From Planctomycetota bacterium (GTDB lineage: Bacteria > Planctomycetota > UBA1135 > UBA2386): DNA of 64,000 nt. The first letter of the stretch is position 1. Each line of letters opens with the position of its first letter. The position numbers and the translations under genes were made by a program. Shown in pieces: positions 1-8,940 of the stretch. Below the pieces are notes generated by a model. The model was not told the origin of the DNA, did not search any database, and saw nothing but the letters and a program-made list of their open reading frames with translations. The stretch lies in contig OZ245006.1 of NCBI GenBank assembly GCA_965223545.1, positions 288,001-352,000 of the forward strand, read 5' to 3'.

Positions 1-194
1 AGGACCACGAGCAGCACGGCGCCACCCAGGGGAGCCATCCACACGACGTCCCGGGAGACGAACAGCAACTCGCCGAACCCGTAGCGGCGCACCGCTTGCG
101 CGATCAGCTCGGCGATGCCAGCGAGCAGGCCGAAGAACGCGGCCATCGCGAGATGAGAACCGAGGGTTGGGGCGTCGTTGGGGCTTCGCTGCAT
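1..194 (-). CDS. 5' part of a membrane protein running off the window edge (possibly a membrane-anchored sulfatase-type protein)
   Basis: ATG at 194 gives MQRSPNDAPTLGSHLAMAAFFGLLAGIAELIAQAVRRYGFGELLFVSRDVVWMAPLGGAVLLVV..., open to the edge with hydrophobic segments. The product is a guess. Confidence 0.5.
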   Translation of the reverse strand, partial: MQRSPNDAPTLGSHLAMAAFFGLLAGIAELIAQAVRRYGFGELLFVSRDVVWMAPLGGAVLLVV

Positions 195-336
195 ATGGCT
201 TCTCGCCGGGCGAGCCTAGTGGATCCCCGCGCCCAGAGCCAGCGAGCGGCCCGGGCTTGGTTCCCCTTCCGCACACCGCCACACTGACTCGTACTCGGCA
301 GCACACCTCTTCCGAGTGCTTTCCGACAGGCTCGAC

Positions 337-1425
337 ATGAACGACACGACTCCATCGCCCGTCCGCGTCCTCGTCATCGGCTGCGGCAACATGGGTGCCT
401 CCCACGCGCGCGCCTACCACCAGCTCGCCGGCTTCGAGTTGGTCGGGGTGGTGAGCCGCGGCGCCGCCAGCCGCGAGGCGCTGTCACGTTCGCTCGGCGG
501 GGTACCGACGTTCGACGACGACCGGAAAGCGCTGGCCGCGACGCGCCCGGACGCGGTCTCGATCAATACTTACCCCGACACGCACGCGGCCATCGCCCGC
601 CGCGCGCTGGAGGCCGACGCGCACGTGTTCGTCGAGAAGCCGTTGGCCGAGACCGTCGCCGAGTCCGAGGAGATCGTCGCGCTGGCGCGCCGCCGGTCGC
701 GCGCGCTGGTGGTCGGCTACATCCTGCGCGTGCACCCGGCTTGGCAGCTGTTCACCGAACAGGCACGGAGCCTCGGCAAGCCCTTGGTCATGCGCATGAA
801 CCTCAACCAGCAGAGCGCGGGCGCCGAGTGGCAGACCCACAAGAACCTGATGGCGTCGATGTCGCCGATCGTCGATTGCGGCGTGCACTACGTCGACGTG
901 ATGTGCCAGATGACGCGCGCCAAGCCGGTCCGCGTGCACGCCATCGGCGCGCGCCTCACCGACGAGATCCCCGCCGAGATGTACAACTACGGCCAGCTGC
1001 AGGTGGTCTTCGACGACGGCTCGGTCGGCTGGTACGAGGCCGGCTGGGGCCCGATGATGAGCGAGACCGCCTACTTCGTGAAGGACGTGATCGGCCCGCA
1101 CGGCAGCGCCAGCATCGTCGAGGCGGCGGCCGGCGAACGCGAGGCGGGATCGGCCGACATCGACTCGCACACCCGCACCAGCCGGATCAAGGTGCACCGC
1201 GCGGCGCGAGGTCGCGACGGCGGCTTCGAGACGCCCGACACCCTGCTCGACACCTCCGACGAGCCCGACCACGACGCGCTGTGCCTTCGCGAGCAAGAGC
1301 TGTTCTTGGCCGCGATTCGCGGCGAAGTCGATCTCGATGACCACTTGGCAGACGCGGTCAACAGCTTGCGGATCGTCCTGGCCGCGGACGAGTCGGTGCG
1401 CACCGGCAAGGTCGTCGCGCTGTAG
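337..1425 (+). CDS. Gfo/Idh/MocA family NAD(P)-dependent oxidoreductase
   Basis: Rossmann motif VIGCGNMG, HVFVEKP, and DCGVHYVD. ATG 337 preferred over GTG 316. Confidence 0.9.
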   Translation: MNDTTPSPVRVLVIGCGNMGASHARAYHQLAGFELVGVVSRGAASREALSRSLGGVPTFDDDRKALAATRPDAVSINTYPDTHAAIARRALEADAHVFVEKPLAETVAESEEIVALARRRSRALVVGYILRVHPAWQLFTEQARSLGKPLVMRMNLNQQSAGAEWQTHKNLMASMSPIVDCGVHYVDVMCQMTRAKPVRVHAIGARLTDEIPAEMYNYGQLQVVFDDGSVGWYEAGWGPMMSETAYFVKDVIGPHGSASIVEAAAGEREAGSADIDSHTRTSRIKVHRAARGRDGGFETPDTLLDTSDEPDHDALCLREQELFLAAIRGEVDLDDHLADAVNSLRIVLAADESVRTGKVVAL

Positions 1426-1488
1426 ACCTGGGCGGGGATCGAGGTCCGTCGAGCCGGTCCCGCTGGCGGCCGCGCAGATGCCGAGGAA

Positions 1489-2568
1489 TCAGCCGACGGC
1501 CAGCGACACCGACGCGGGCAGCCGCAGCTCGAAGGTGGCCTCTCCGTCGCCGTCGACCGTCGCGCGCACGTCTCCCCCGTGCGCGCGTGCCACCGTGCGC
1601 GCCAGGGTCATGCCCAGGTCGGAGCGGACCGCGGTGCTGCTCTCGGCCTGGGGGTTGAGCGCGTCGAACAGGAGGTCGGCACTGCCCTCCTCCAGGCGCA
1701 GCCCGTCGCCCTGAATCTGGACCACGGCTTCGTCGTCGTCGAGCTGCGAGACCACACGCACCTCGCTGTCGGGAGCCGACATGCCGACCGCGGCCTCGAG
1801 CATGGCGATCAGGCTGGTCGCCAGCTGCTCGCGGTCGGCGGACAGCATCACCGAGTCGACGGCCATCCGGCGCAGGGCGATGCGCCGGACCCGGGCGTCG
1901 GCCGCGACGGCATCGATCGCGTCGTCCAGAATGGCGGCGAGGTCTTGCCGTTCGCGCGCGAGCTCGACGCCTTCGGTGCGCCACGCGCACAGCATCAGGC
2001 CGCGGTCGGCGAGGGAAAGCAAGCGGCGCGCGCTCAGAGTGACGATCTCGCCCCACATCCGCCGCTGCTCGTCGTCCATCTGCGGCTCGTTCTGCAGGAT
2101 CTCGCCGGCCGGAACCATGCCGGTCAGCGGCGTGCGGATCTCGTGCGCGATCATCGACAGCAGATCGCTCTTCATCCGGTCGACGCTCTCCGCCGAGCAC
2201 AGGCGCAAGTAGACCCGGACCTTGGCCTCGAGCTCGTCCCCGTCGAACGGCTTGGTGACGTAGTCGTCCGCCCCGGCGGCGTAGCCCTCGAGCCGCTCGT
2301 TCGGCATCGCCTTCGCCGAGACCAAGACCACGATCACGTGCTGCAGCTTGGGATTGGCGCGGATCCGGCGGCAGGTCTCGTAGCCGTCGATGCCCGGCAT
2401 CATGATGTCGAGCAGCACCACGTCGGGACACCGCTCCTCCATGGCCGCCAACGCCTCTTCACCGCTGGTCGCGGTATCGAGCTCGTAATCGTCCCCGAGA
2501 AGCTCTTCGACAACGGCCAGATTGACCTCGTTGTCGTCGACCGCCAGGATCTTTCGCTTGCCTGTCAT
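1489..2568 (-). CDS. Hybrid receiver-HisKA protein with a degenerate HATPase domain
   Basis: Receiver motifs AVDD, LLDIMMPGIDG and TKPF; H-box AHEIRTPL; N, G1 and G2 boxes diverged. G-rich RBS directly before ATG 2568. Confidence 0.85.
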   Translation of the reverse strand: MTGKRKILAVDDNEVNLAVVEELLGDDYELDTATSGEEALAAMEERCPDVVLLDIMMPGIDGYETCRRIRANPKLQHVIVVLVSAKAMPNERLEGYAAGADDYVTKPFDGDELEAKVRVYLRLCSAESVDRMKSDLLSMIAHEIRTPLTGMVPAGEILQNEPQMDDEQRRMWGEIVTLSARRLLSLADRGLMLCAWRTEGVELARERQDLAAILDDAIDAVAADARVRRIALRRMAVDSVMLSADREQLATSLIAMLEAAVGMSAPDSEVRVVSQLDDDEAVVQIQGDGLRLEEGSADLLFDALNPQAESSTAVRSDLGMTLARTVARAHGGDVRATVDGDGEATFELRLPASVSLAVG

Positions 2569-2694
2569 CTCCCCCCCCAGGGCTGCGGCCTCGCGATCAG
2601 CGGGCCCGTACGCCGCTCTTGTGATCGACCACCGCCGCGGACGACTTGTGTCTCGTTCTGAGATGCGCCACGGACGAAACCCTTCCCGCCTCGG

Positions 2695-3384
2695 ATGACC
2701 CTCGATCGCTTCGCCGCATTCGCCGCACGGTTGAGCAGCGCGGGGCTGGATCTCGTCGGCTGCGCACTCGCCGCGCACTGCGGCACGCTCTGCCGACAGC
2801 CCGCCCTCCTACCGGATGGCGGCTCGGTCATCCTCGTCGGCAGCGGCGGAACGCGGCACTGGGAAGGCCTCGACGCCCGCCAGCGCGCACACCCCGATCC
2901 GATCGACCGGGCGGCGGCGACCGCGATCGACACCGCCGTCGAGCTGTTGGGCGACGGCACGCGGCGGCTGCCCGCCGCCGCGCAGAACGCGTTCGACCTG
3001 CGCAGCCTCGGCGCCCTCACCGGCATCGGCGTGGTGTCCCCGTATCTCGAGATGCTCATCCATCCCCGGTACGGACCTTGGATCGGCATCCGCGCAGTGC
3101 TGGTCAGCGACTCGCCCTGGCCCGCGACTCCGGCGCTCGCCAGCTTCGATCCGTGCGGGCCCTGCACGCGCCCCTGTCTCGAGGCCTGCCCGGTGGATGC
3201 CTATCGACACGGCGCCCCCTGGTCGTTCGCGGGCTGCGCCGCGCACCGCCGGGCAGGGCGCGCGCCCGAAACGCACTGCGATGACGGCTGCCACTCCCGT
3301 CTGGCCTGCGTGGTCGGCCCCGAACACGCATATGGAGCGCTCGAGTATCGCCACCGCCACCGCGCCAACCTGGCGCATCTCTGA
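2695..3384 (+). CDS. 4Fe-4S protein, QueG/epoxyqueuosine reductase-like C-terminal region
   Basis: IHPRYGPWIGIRAVL followed by CGPCTRPCLEACPV and CxxGCHSRLACVVG cysteine clusters. Confidence 0.65.
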   Translation: MTLDRFAAFAARLSSAGLDLVGCALAAHCGTLCRQPALLPDGGSVILVGSGGTRHWEGLDARQRAHPDPIDRAAATAIDTAVELLGDGTRRLPAAAQNAFDLRSLGALTGIGVVSPYLEMLIHPRYGPWIGIRAVLVSDSPWPATPALASFDPCGPCTRPCLEACPVDAYRHGAPWSFAGCAAHRRAGRAPETHCDDGCHSRLACVVGPEHAYGALEYRHRHRANLAHL

Positions 3385-3403
3385 AAGGGGCGGAGGTGCG
3401 CCG

Positions 3404-4408
3404 TCAACGGCTCGGCATCCCGGCGCGGTCGTAGCCCCAGAGCCGCAGCAGGTCTCGGTCGAGCAGGGCGCTCAGCCGCTCGACCTCGGGGCGCCATTCG
3501 GCGCGCAGCCGCGCCCGCAGCGACTGCTCGAGGGCCGGCCGCGGCGCCTGCTTGGTGTTGAGCCGGTCCAGCAGGCGCACGACGCGCCCCTGCAGGCGCA
3601 GCGGAACCAACGGCAGGCGGCGCACGGGAATGCGTGGTCCCGGCGGGAAATCGCCGTGCCGGTAGGCCTCGTACAGCAACGGGTGGCGCGAGGCGAGCAC
3701 GTCGGCGAGCCAACGCGAGCGCGGCGCCTTGGACGCGTTGACGCGTTCGAACTTGGGCTCGAACGCGCGCGGCTCCAGGCCGGCGAACGCGAGCACGTCG
3801 GCGTAGACTGCCGCGGGGTCGGCGGCCAGGTCGTCCTGCACGATCACCTTGATCTGGTTGTCCGGAAACAGCGCGCGGTAGCGCTCGATCTGCGCCGAGA
3901 AGCGCGCCATCTCCGAGTAGTACAGCAGCGACGGCACCCGCGCGGTCCGCGGCAGCTCCTCGCCACGGCGGCGGGCGGGTTCGAGCGCGAGCGCTTCGGC
4001 AAACGACCGCCGGTCCTCGTCCAGATGGAACAGATAGACCGAGTGCAGCGAGTGCAGGAAGCTCACCGGCTCGCGGATCATGCAGATGATCTTGGCAGCC
4101 GGATCGAACGCTTGGATGTTGGCCGCGGCGACCTTCGAGTAGAGGTAGAGCACCGACGCCTCGCCGACGACCGGCTGGGTTCCGGCATCGCGGAACAGCC
4201 AGAGGTACTGCTCGAGGTTGCGGAACACACCGAACTCAGGCCGGCCGCGGTGCCGGTCGCCTTCGGCGGTCAGATCGTTCGAGAAGAAGTGCGGCTCCTT
4301 CTCCGGCGACATGAAGACGTCGGGGTGCGCGGCGAGATAGTGGTGCATCGACGAAGTGCCGCAACGCGGAGCGCCGACGATGAACAGATTGGGCCGGCGG
4401 CCACTCAC
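3404..4408 (-). CDS. PAPS-dependent sulfotransferase
   Basis: 5'-PSB loop FIVGAPRCGTSS, KEPHFF, and 3'-PB motif IREPVSFLHS. The GTG start overlaps the PKS stop (GTGA). Confidence 0.88.
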   Translation of the reverse strand: MSGRRPNLFIVGAPRCGTSSMHHYLAAHPDVFMSPEKEPHFFSNDLTAEGDRHRGRPEFGVFRNLEQYLWLFRDAGTQPVVGEASVLYLYSKVAAANIQAFDPAAKIICMIREPVSFLHSLHSVYLFHLDEDRRSFAEALALEPARRRGEELPRTARVPSLLYYSEMARFSAQIERYRALFPDNQIKVIVQDDLAADPAAVYADVLAFAGLEPRAFEPKFERVNASKAPRSRWLADVLASRHPLLYEAYRHGDFPPGPRIPVRRLPLVPLRLQGRVVRLLDRLNTKQAPRPALEQSLRARLRAEWRPEVERLSALLDRDLLRLWGYDRAGMPSR

Positions 4409-7400
4409 CGCCGCTTGCTCCGCGCGCGTGCCCGCGCCGCCCACTGCGTGGTGCGGATCGCCTGCGCCAGCGCCTCGATCTGCGGCGTCTCCATCACCGT
4501 GCGCAGCGGCAGGGTGACATCGAGGTCGCGCTGCACCCGCGCGATCAACCGGTGGCTCGACAACGAGTCCAGGCCCAGCTCGAACCAATCGTCGTGGCGG
4601 CCGATGCCATCGATGCCCAGCAGCTCGCGGCCGATCTCCGCCAGCGCTTCCTCGATCTCGCCCTCGGGCGCCTCGAACTGCGTCGCCAACTCCGGCCGCT
4701 GATGCCCGGCCTCGACCTCGGCGGCCCCGTTGGCCGGGCGCTCGGGTGGAGGGCGGCGCGCGTCGCGCAACCGCGCATCGAACGGCGTCGTCGAGACCAA
4801 GACGTGCGGCATCGCCGTCGACAGGATCCGCGCCAGCGCCTGCACGCCCTCGGCCGGCCGGATTGCCAGGGCCAGTGCCCGCTCCCGCGCGGCCTGCAAC
4901 GCGGCTGGCACGGCGCTGCGCGTCGCCAGCCCGACCTCGGCCCACAGATCCCAGCCAACCGAGACGTAGCGCCCGGGCACCGGCCGATCGACCGTCTCGG
5001 CCAAGGCATCGAGCACCGCGTTGGCGCCGCAGTAGTCGCTGCCGCCGGCTCCGCCCAACCAGCTCGCGACCGACGAACACGCGACGAACAGCTCGACGGG
5101 TTGCTCGGCCAACGCCTCCATCAACGCAACCGTGCCCCGCACCTTGGGTGCGAGCACGGGCAGGGCTGCGGCGGCGGCGTTCTCCTGCAGCGCGGCGGTG
5201 CCGCTGGTCGGCAGACCGGCGGCGTGGATCACCGTGTGCACCGCACCGAACCGCTCGACGGCGCGCGCCACCGCCGCGCGCACCGCCGAGGGGTCGGCGA
5301 CGTCGGCACACACCAGCTCGACGTCTGCACCCGCGGCCTCCAGTGCCTGCACCGCGCGCATGCGCTCGGCGGTGCGGTCCTCGGCGTCGGCAGCGTCCAG
5401 CACTGCCGGCCACTCCTGCCGCGGCGGTAACGCAGCGCGGCCGAGCAGCACCAGCTGGCGACGCCCGGCCTCGACCAGGGCGCGGGCCAACACGGCGCCG
5501 ATGCCGCCGAGTCCGCCGGTGATCAGGCACGCGCCGTCGGCACGGGGCGGCAACACCGCGGCGGGGTCCACCGCATCGAGCCGCACGGCCTGGGTCACCG
5601 CGACCCAACGCCGCCCGTCGCGATAGGCGACCAGCAAGTCCTCGGTGAGCGTGCCGCACTCCTCGACCAGCAGCGCGCTGTGCTCGGCCGCGCTGCCGTC
5701 GCGCGGCAGATCGACGTGGCGGCAGCGCAGCCCCGGCTCCTCCTGCTGCAGAACGCGCACCGGTCCGAGTGCCAACGCCCGCTCGGCCGACCGCGGCGCG
5801 TCGCCGGGAACCACCGCGCACAGGTCGTCGCTGGCGGCGATGATCTCCAGGGCGCCGCCGCGCTCGCCGACGACGCGGCCGACCGCCAACAGCGCGGCGA
5901 AGGCATCCTGCGCCGCGGCCTCTTCCACCGCGGGCTCACACGCCAGCAGACTGATCCAGCGGCAGGGGCCATCGCCGCCGATGTGCTCCCACAGCGCGCG
6001 CCAGTCGCCGGCATCGGCCACCCGCAACGCGACGGCGTCGGCTTCGTGCACGGCGAACGCCGCAGCCGGAGTCACCACCACCGCGCGCCCGCCATCGGCC
6101 CGGAGCGCCGACGCCAACGCCGCGCCGAGTCCGCCGGCGTCGCCGACCACGACCGAACAACCGCCGACCGCCCGCCGACCGCCGCGCTGTGCGGCCCGCG
6201 GTGACGGCTGCCACGTCGGCACGTAGAACCAATCGGCCAACTCGGCGCGCTGCGCCGGCGCGTCGGCCGTCTCCCGCACCGGCTCCAGCCAGTGCCGGGT
6301 CGGTTCGAACGGATAGGACGGCAACGACACGCGCGGCCGCACCGCGCTGCCCCAGTACGCGTCGACGTCGACCGCCGCGCCGGCGACCCACAGTCGGCCC
6401 ACCGCCGCGACGAACGCCTCGCGCTCGGCATCCGCCGCCGCCGCCGACGGGTGCGGCATCGATGCCACCACCCCGCGCGCCTTGCCGCCGCGCACTTGCC
6501 GGGCCAGGCGGACCAGGCTTTCCCCCGGGCCGACCTCGAGCAGCACACGGTCGTCGTCGGCCGACAGCGTCGCGGCGGCGTCGGCGAAGCGCACGGGCTC
6601 GCGCAGGTTACGGCCCCAGTACTCCGGCTCGGCCCACGCCTCGGCCGCGAGCCAGTCGCCGGTGACGGTCGACACCCACGGCACGGTAGCGGGCCGCAGC
6701 TGGCAGCGCCGTACCGCGTCGACGAACGGCTGCACCGCCGGCTGCATCATCGGCGAATGGAATGCGTGCGAGGTGTGCAGCACGCGGCACGGCACCTGCT
6801 CCGCTTCCAGCTGCGCGCGCAGGTCGGCAACTGCCGCGGCCGGACCGGAGACCACACAAGAGCCCGGCGCGTTGATCGCCGCCAGCGACACCTCCGCCGG
6901 CAAGCGCGGCGCGAGCTCGGCCTCGGCCGCGGCAACGCTGAGCATGTCGCCCCGCGGCTGTTCGAACAGCAGCCGTCCCCGCAGCGCCACCAACCGCGCC
7001 GCATCCTCGAACTGCATCACGCCGGCGATCGACGCCGCCACCAGCTCACCGACGCTGTGGCCGACCAGCGCGCCGGGCTCGATGCCGAGCGCCATCCACG
7101 TCCGCGCCAGCGCGTACTCGACGGCAAACAGCGCGGGCTGCGTCAGCCAGGTCTCCGCCAGCTGCGCCGCGGCGGCCTCCCGGTCCGACGTCGCGAACAG
7201 CACCGTGCGCAGATCCAAGCCGAGATCGTCGCGCAGCACTTCGGCGGCCGCGTCCAGGTGCTGGCGGAAGACCGGCTCGTGCTCGTAGAGCGCGCTGCCC
7301 ATGCCGACGTGCTGCGCACCCTGGCCGGGAAAGGCGAACGCGACCCGCGCCGGCGACGCGGTGTGCGCGCTGGCCACGGCGTTCTGACCGCCGCGCAGCG

Positions 7401-8940
7401 CCGCGATCGCGGCGCTGCGGTCGGCGGCGACGATCGCACGGCGGTGCCAGAACACATCGCGGCCGCGGTGCAAGGTGTACGCGACGTCGTGCAGCGCCAG
7501 CGTGGGTTGGGCCTCCAGGTGCGCGGCGAGCCGGCCACTGGCCCGATCCAGCGCCGCGGCGCTCTTCGCCGAGAGCAACAGCAGATCGGGCCGCCGCGCC
7601 GGCGCCGGCGCCGGCACCGGCGCCGGTGCCGGTGCTTCTTCGAGGACAACGTGTGCGTTGGTCCCCCCCATGCCGAACGAGCTCACGCCGGCGCGGCGCG
7701 GCCGCGCCCCGCGCGGCCACGGACGCAGTGCGTCGTTGACGAAGAACGGACTCTGGCCGAAGTCGATCTCGGGGTTGGGCCGCTCGTAGTGCAGGCTCGG
7801 CGGCATCGCCTCGTGCTGCAGCGCCAGCACGACCTTGATCAAACCGGCGACGCCCGCCGCGGCGTCGGCGTGGCCGATGTTGGACTTGACCGAGCCGAGC
7901 GCGCAGTAGCCGCGCCGGTCGGTGCCGCCGGCGAACGCGCGCTGCAGCGCGGCCACCTCGATCGGGTCGCCGAGCGGCGTACCGGTGCCGTGCGCCTCGA
8001 CGAGGTCGATGCTGTCCGACGAGACGTCGGCGATCTCCAGCGCAGCGGCGACCACCTTGGCCTGGCCTTCGACACTCGGCGCGAAGACGCTGACCTTGTT
8101 GAAGCCCTCGTTGTTGACCGCCGCGCCGCGGATCACCGCCAGGATCGGGTCGCCGTCTCGCAGCGCGTCTTCGCACCGGCGCAGGGCGACCACGCCGACG
8201 CCCTCGCCACTCACGGTGCCAGCGGCGGCCGCGTCGAACGGCCGGCAGTGGCCGTCCTGCGACAGGATCGCCTCGCGCTCCAGCGAGTAGGCCGCGCGCT
8301 GCGGTACCCGCACCGTGACCCCGCCGGCCAGTGCCATGTCGCACTGGTAGTTGAGCAGGCTCTGCCAGGCGTGGACCACCGCCACCAATGAGGTGGAGCA
8401 CGCGGTGTGCAGCGTCGCGCACGGTCCCTGCAGGTCGAGCAGATGCGCGACCCGCATGGTCAAGAAGTCCGAGGTGGTCGCCGCGTTGAGGGTGGAGGCG
8501 TTGAGCGCGGCAGTGCGTTGCCGGTGCCCGCGAACACAAGTCAGGTGGTAGGTGTTGAGGCTGCAGCCGCCGTAGACCGCGGTGACCCGCGGGCAACGCG
8601 ACGGACCGTAGCCGGCGTTCTCGACCGCCGCCCACGCGCATTCCAAGAACAGGCGGTGCTGCGGATCGAGCACCTCGGCCTCGTTGGGGCTGATGCCGAA
8701 GAACGCCGCGTCGAAGCGGTCGATGTCGTCCAGGACCCCACCGACCGCGACCACGCCGCCGGCACCTTCGCCGGCCACCTCTTCGGCAGTGAAGCGGGTC
8801 ACCGTCTCCCGACCGTCGCGCAAGTTGCCCCAGAACTCGTCGAGGTCGCGCGCGCCCGGAAACCGACCGGCCATCCCGACGATGGCGACGCAGCCCTCGT
8901 ACTCGCCGGCCTGAGCCTCGGGGTCGCGGGCCTCGCTCAT
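4405..8940 (-). CDS. Type I polyketide synthase module 2 (KS-AT-KR-ACP)
   Basis: KS: TACSTS, HGTGT, GHAD. AT: GHSVG and HAFH (malonyl type). KR: GGLGGIG, APKVRG, SDYCGAN. ACP: FELGLDSL. ATG 8940 overlaps the upstream PKS stop (ATGA). Confidence 0.93.
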   Translation of the reverse strand: MSEARDPEAQAGEYEGCVAIVGMAGRFPGARDLDEFWGNLRDGRETVTRFTAEEVAGEGAGGVVAVGGVLDDIDRFDAAFFGISPNEAEVLDPQHRLFLECAWAAVENAGYGPSRCPRVTAVYGGCSLNTYHLTCVRGHRQRTAALNASTLNAATTSDFLTMRVAHLLDLQGPCATLHTACSTSLVAVVHAWQSLLNYQCDMALAGGVTVRVPQRAAYSLEREAILSQDGHCRPFDAAAAGTVSGEGVGVVALRRCEDALRDGDPILAVIRGAAVNNEGFNKVSVFAPSVEGQAKVVAAALEIADVSSDSIDLVEAHGTGTPLGDPIEVAALQRAFAGGTDRRGYCALGSVKSNIGHADAAAGVAGLIKVVLALQHEAMPPSLHYERPNPEIDFGQSPFFVNDALRPWPRGARPRRAGVSSFGMGGTNAHVVLEEAPAPAPVPAPAPARRPDLLLLSAKSAAALDRASGRLAAHLEAQPTLALHDVAYTLHRGRDVFWHRRAIVAADRSAAIAALRGGQNAVASAHTASPARVAFAFPGQGAQHVGMGSALYEHEPVFRQHLDAAAEVLRDDLGLDLRTVLFATSDREAAAAQLAETWLTQPALFAVEYALARTWMALGIEPGALVGHSVGELVAASIAGVMQFEDAARLVALRGRLLFEQPRGDMLSVAAAEAELAPRLPAEVSLAAINAPGSCVVSGPAAAVADLRAQLEAEQVPCRVLHTSHAFHSPMMQPAVQPFVDAVRRCQLRPATVPWVSTVTGDWLAAEAWAEPEYWGRNLREPVRFADAAATLSADDDRVLLEVGPGESLVRLARQVRGGKARGVVASMPHPSAAAADAEREAFVAAVGRLWVAGAAVDVDAYWGSAVRPRVSLPSYPFEPTRHWLEPVRETADAPAQRAELADWFYVPTWQPSPRAAQRGGRRAVGGCSVVVGDAGGLGAALASALRADGGRAVVVTPAAAFAVHEADAVALRVADAGDWRALWEHIGGDGPCRWISLLACEPAVEEAAAQDAFAALLAVGRVVGERGGALEIIAASDDLCAVVPGDAPRSAERALALGPVRVLQQEEPGLRCRHVDLPRDGSAAEHSALLVEECGTLTEDLLVAYRDGRRWVAVTQAVRLDAVDPAAVLPPRADGACLITGGLGGIGAVLARALVEAGRRQLVLLGRAALPPRQEWPAVLDAADAEDRTAERMRAVQALEAAGADVELVCADVADPSAVRAAVARAVERFGAVHTVIHAAGLPTSGTAALQENAAAAALPVLAPKVRGTVALMEALAEQPVELFVACSSVASWLGGAGGSDYCGANAVLDALAETVDRPVPGRYVSVGWDLWAEVGLATRSAVPAALQAARERALALAIRPAEGVQALARILSTAMPHVLVSTTPFDARLRDARRPPPERPANGAAEVEAGHQRPELATQFEAPEGEIEEALAEIGRELLGIDGIGRHDDWFELGLDSLSSHRLIARVQRDLDVTLPLRTVMETPQIEALAQAIRTTQWAARARARSKRR

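Noticed and set aside
2571..2578. G8 run in the RBS of the hybrid kinase as a phase-variation tract
   Set aside because: Short, outside the CDS, and unremarkable at this GC content without read-level length variation.
7597..7633. (GCCGGC/GCCGGT)n tandem repeat
   Set aside because: It encodes the Pro-Ala linker after the KS domain and is in frame.
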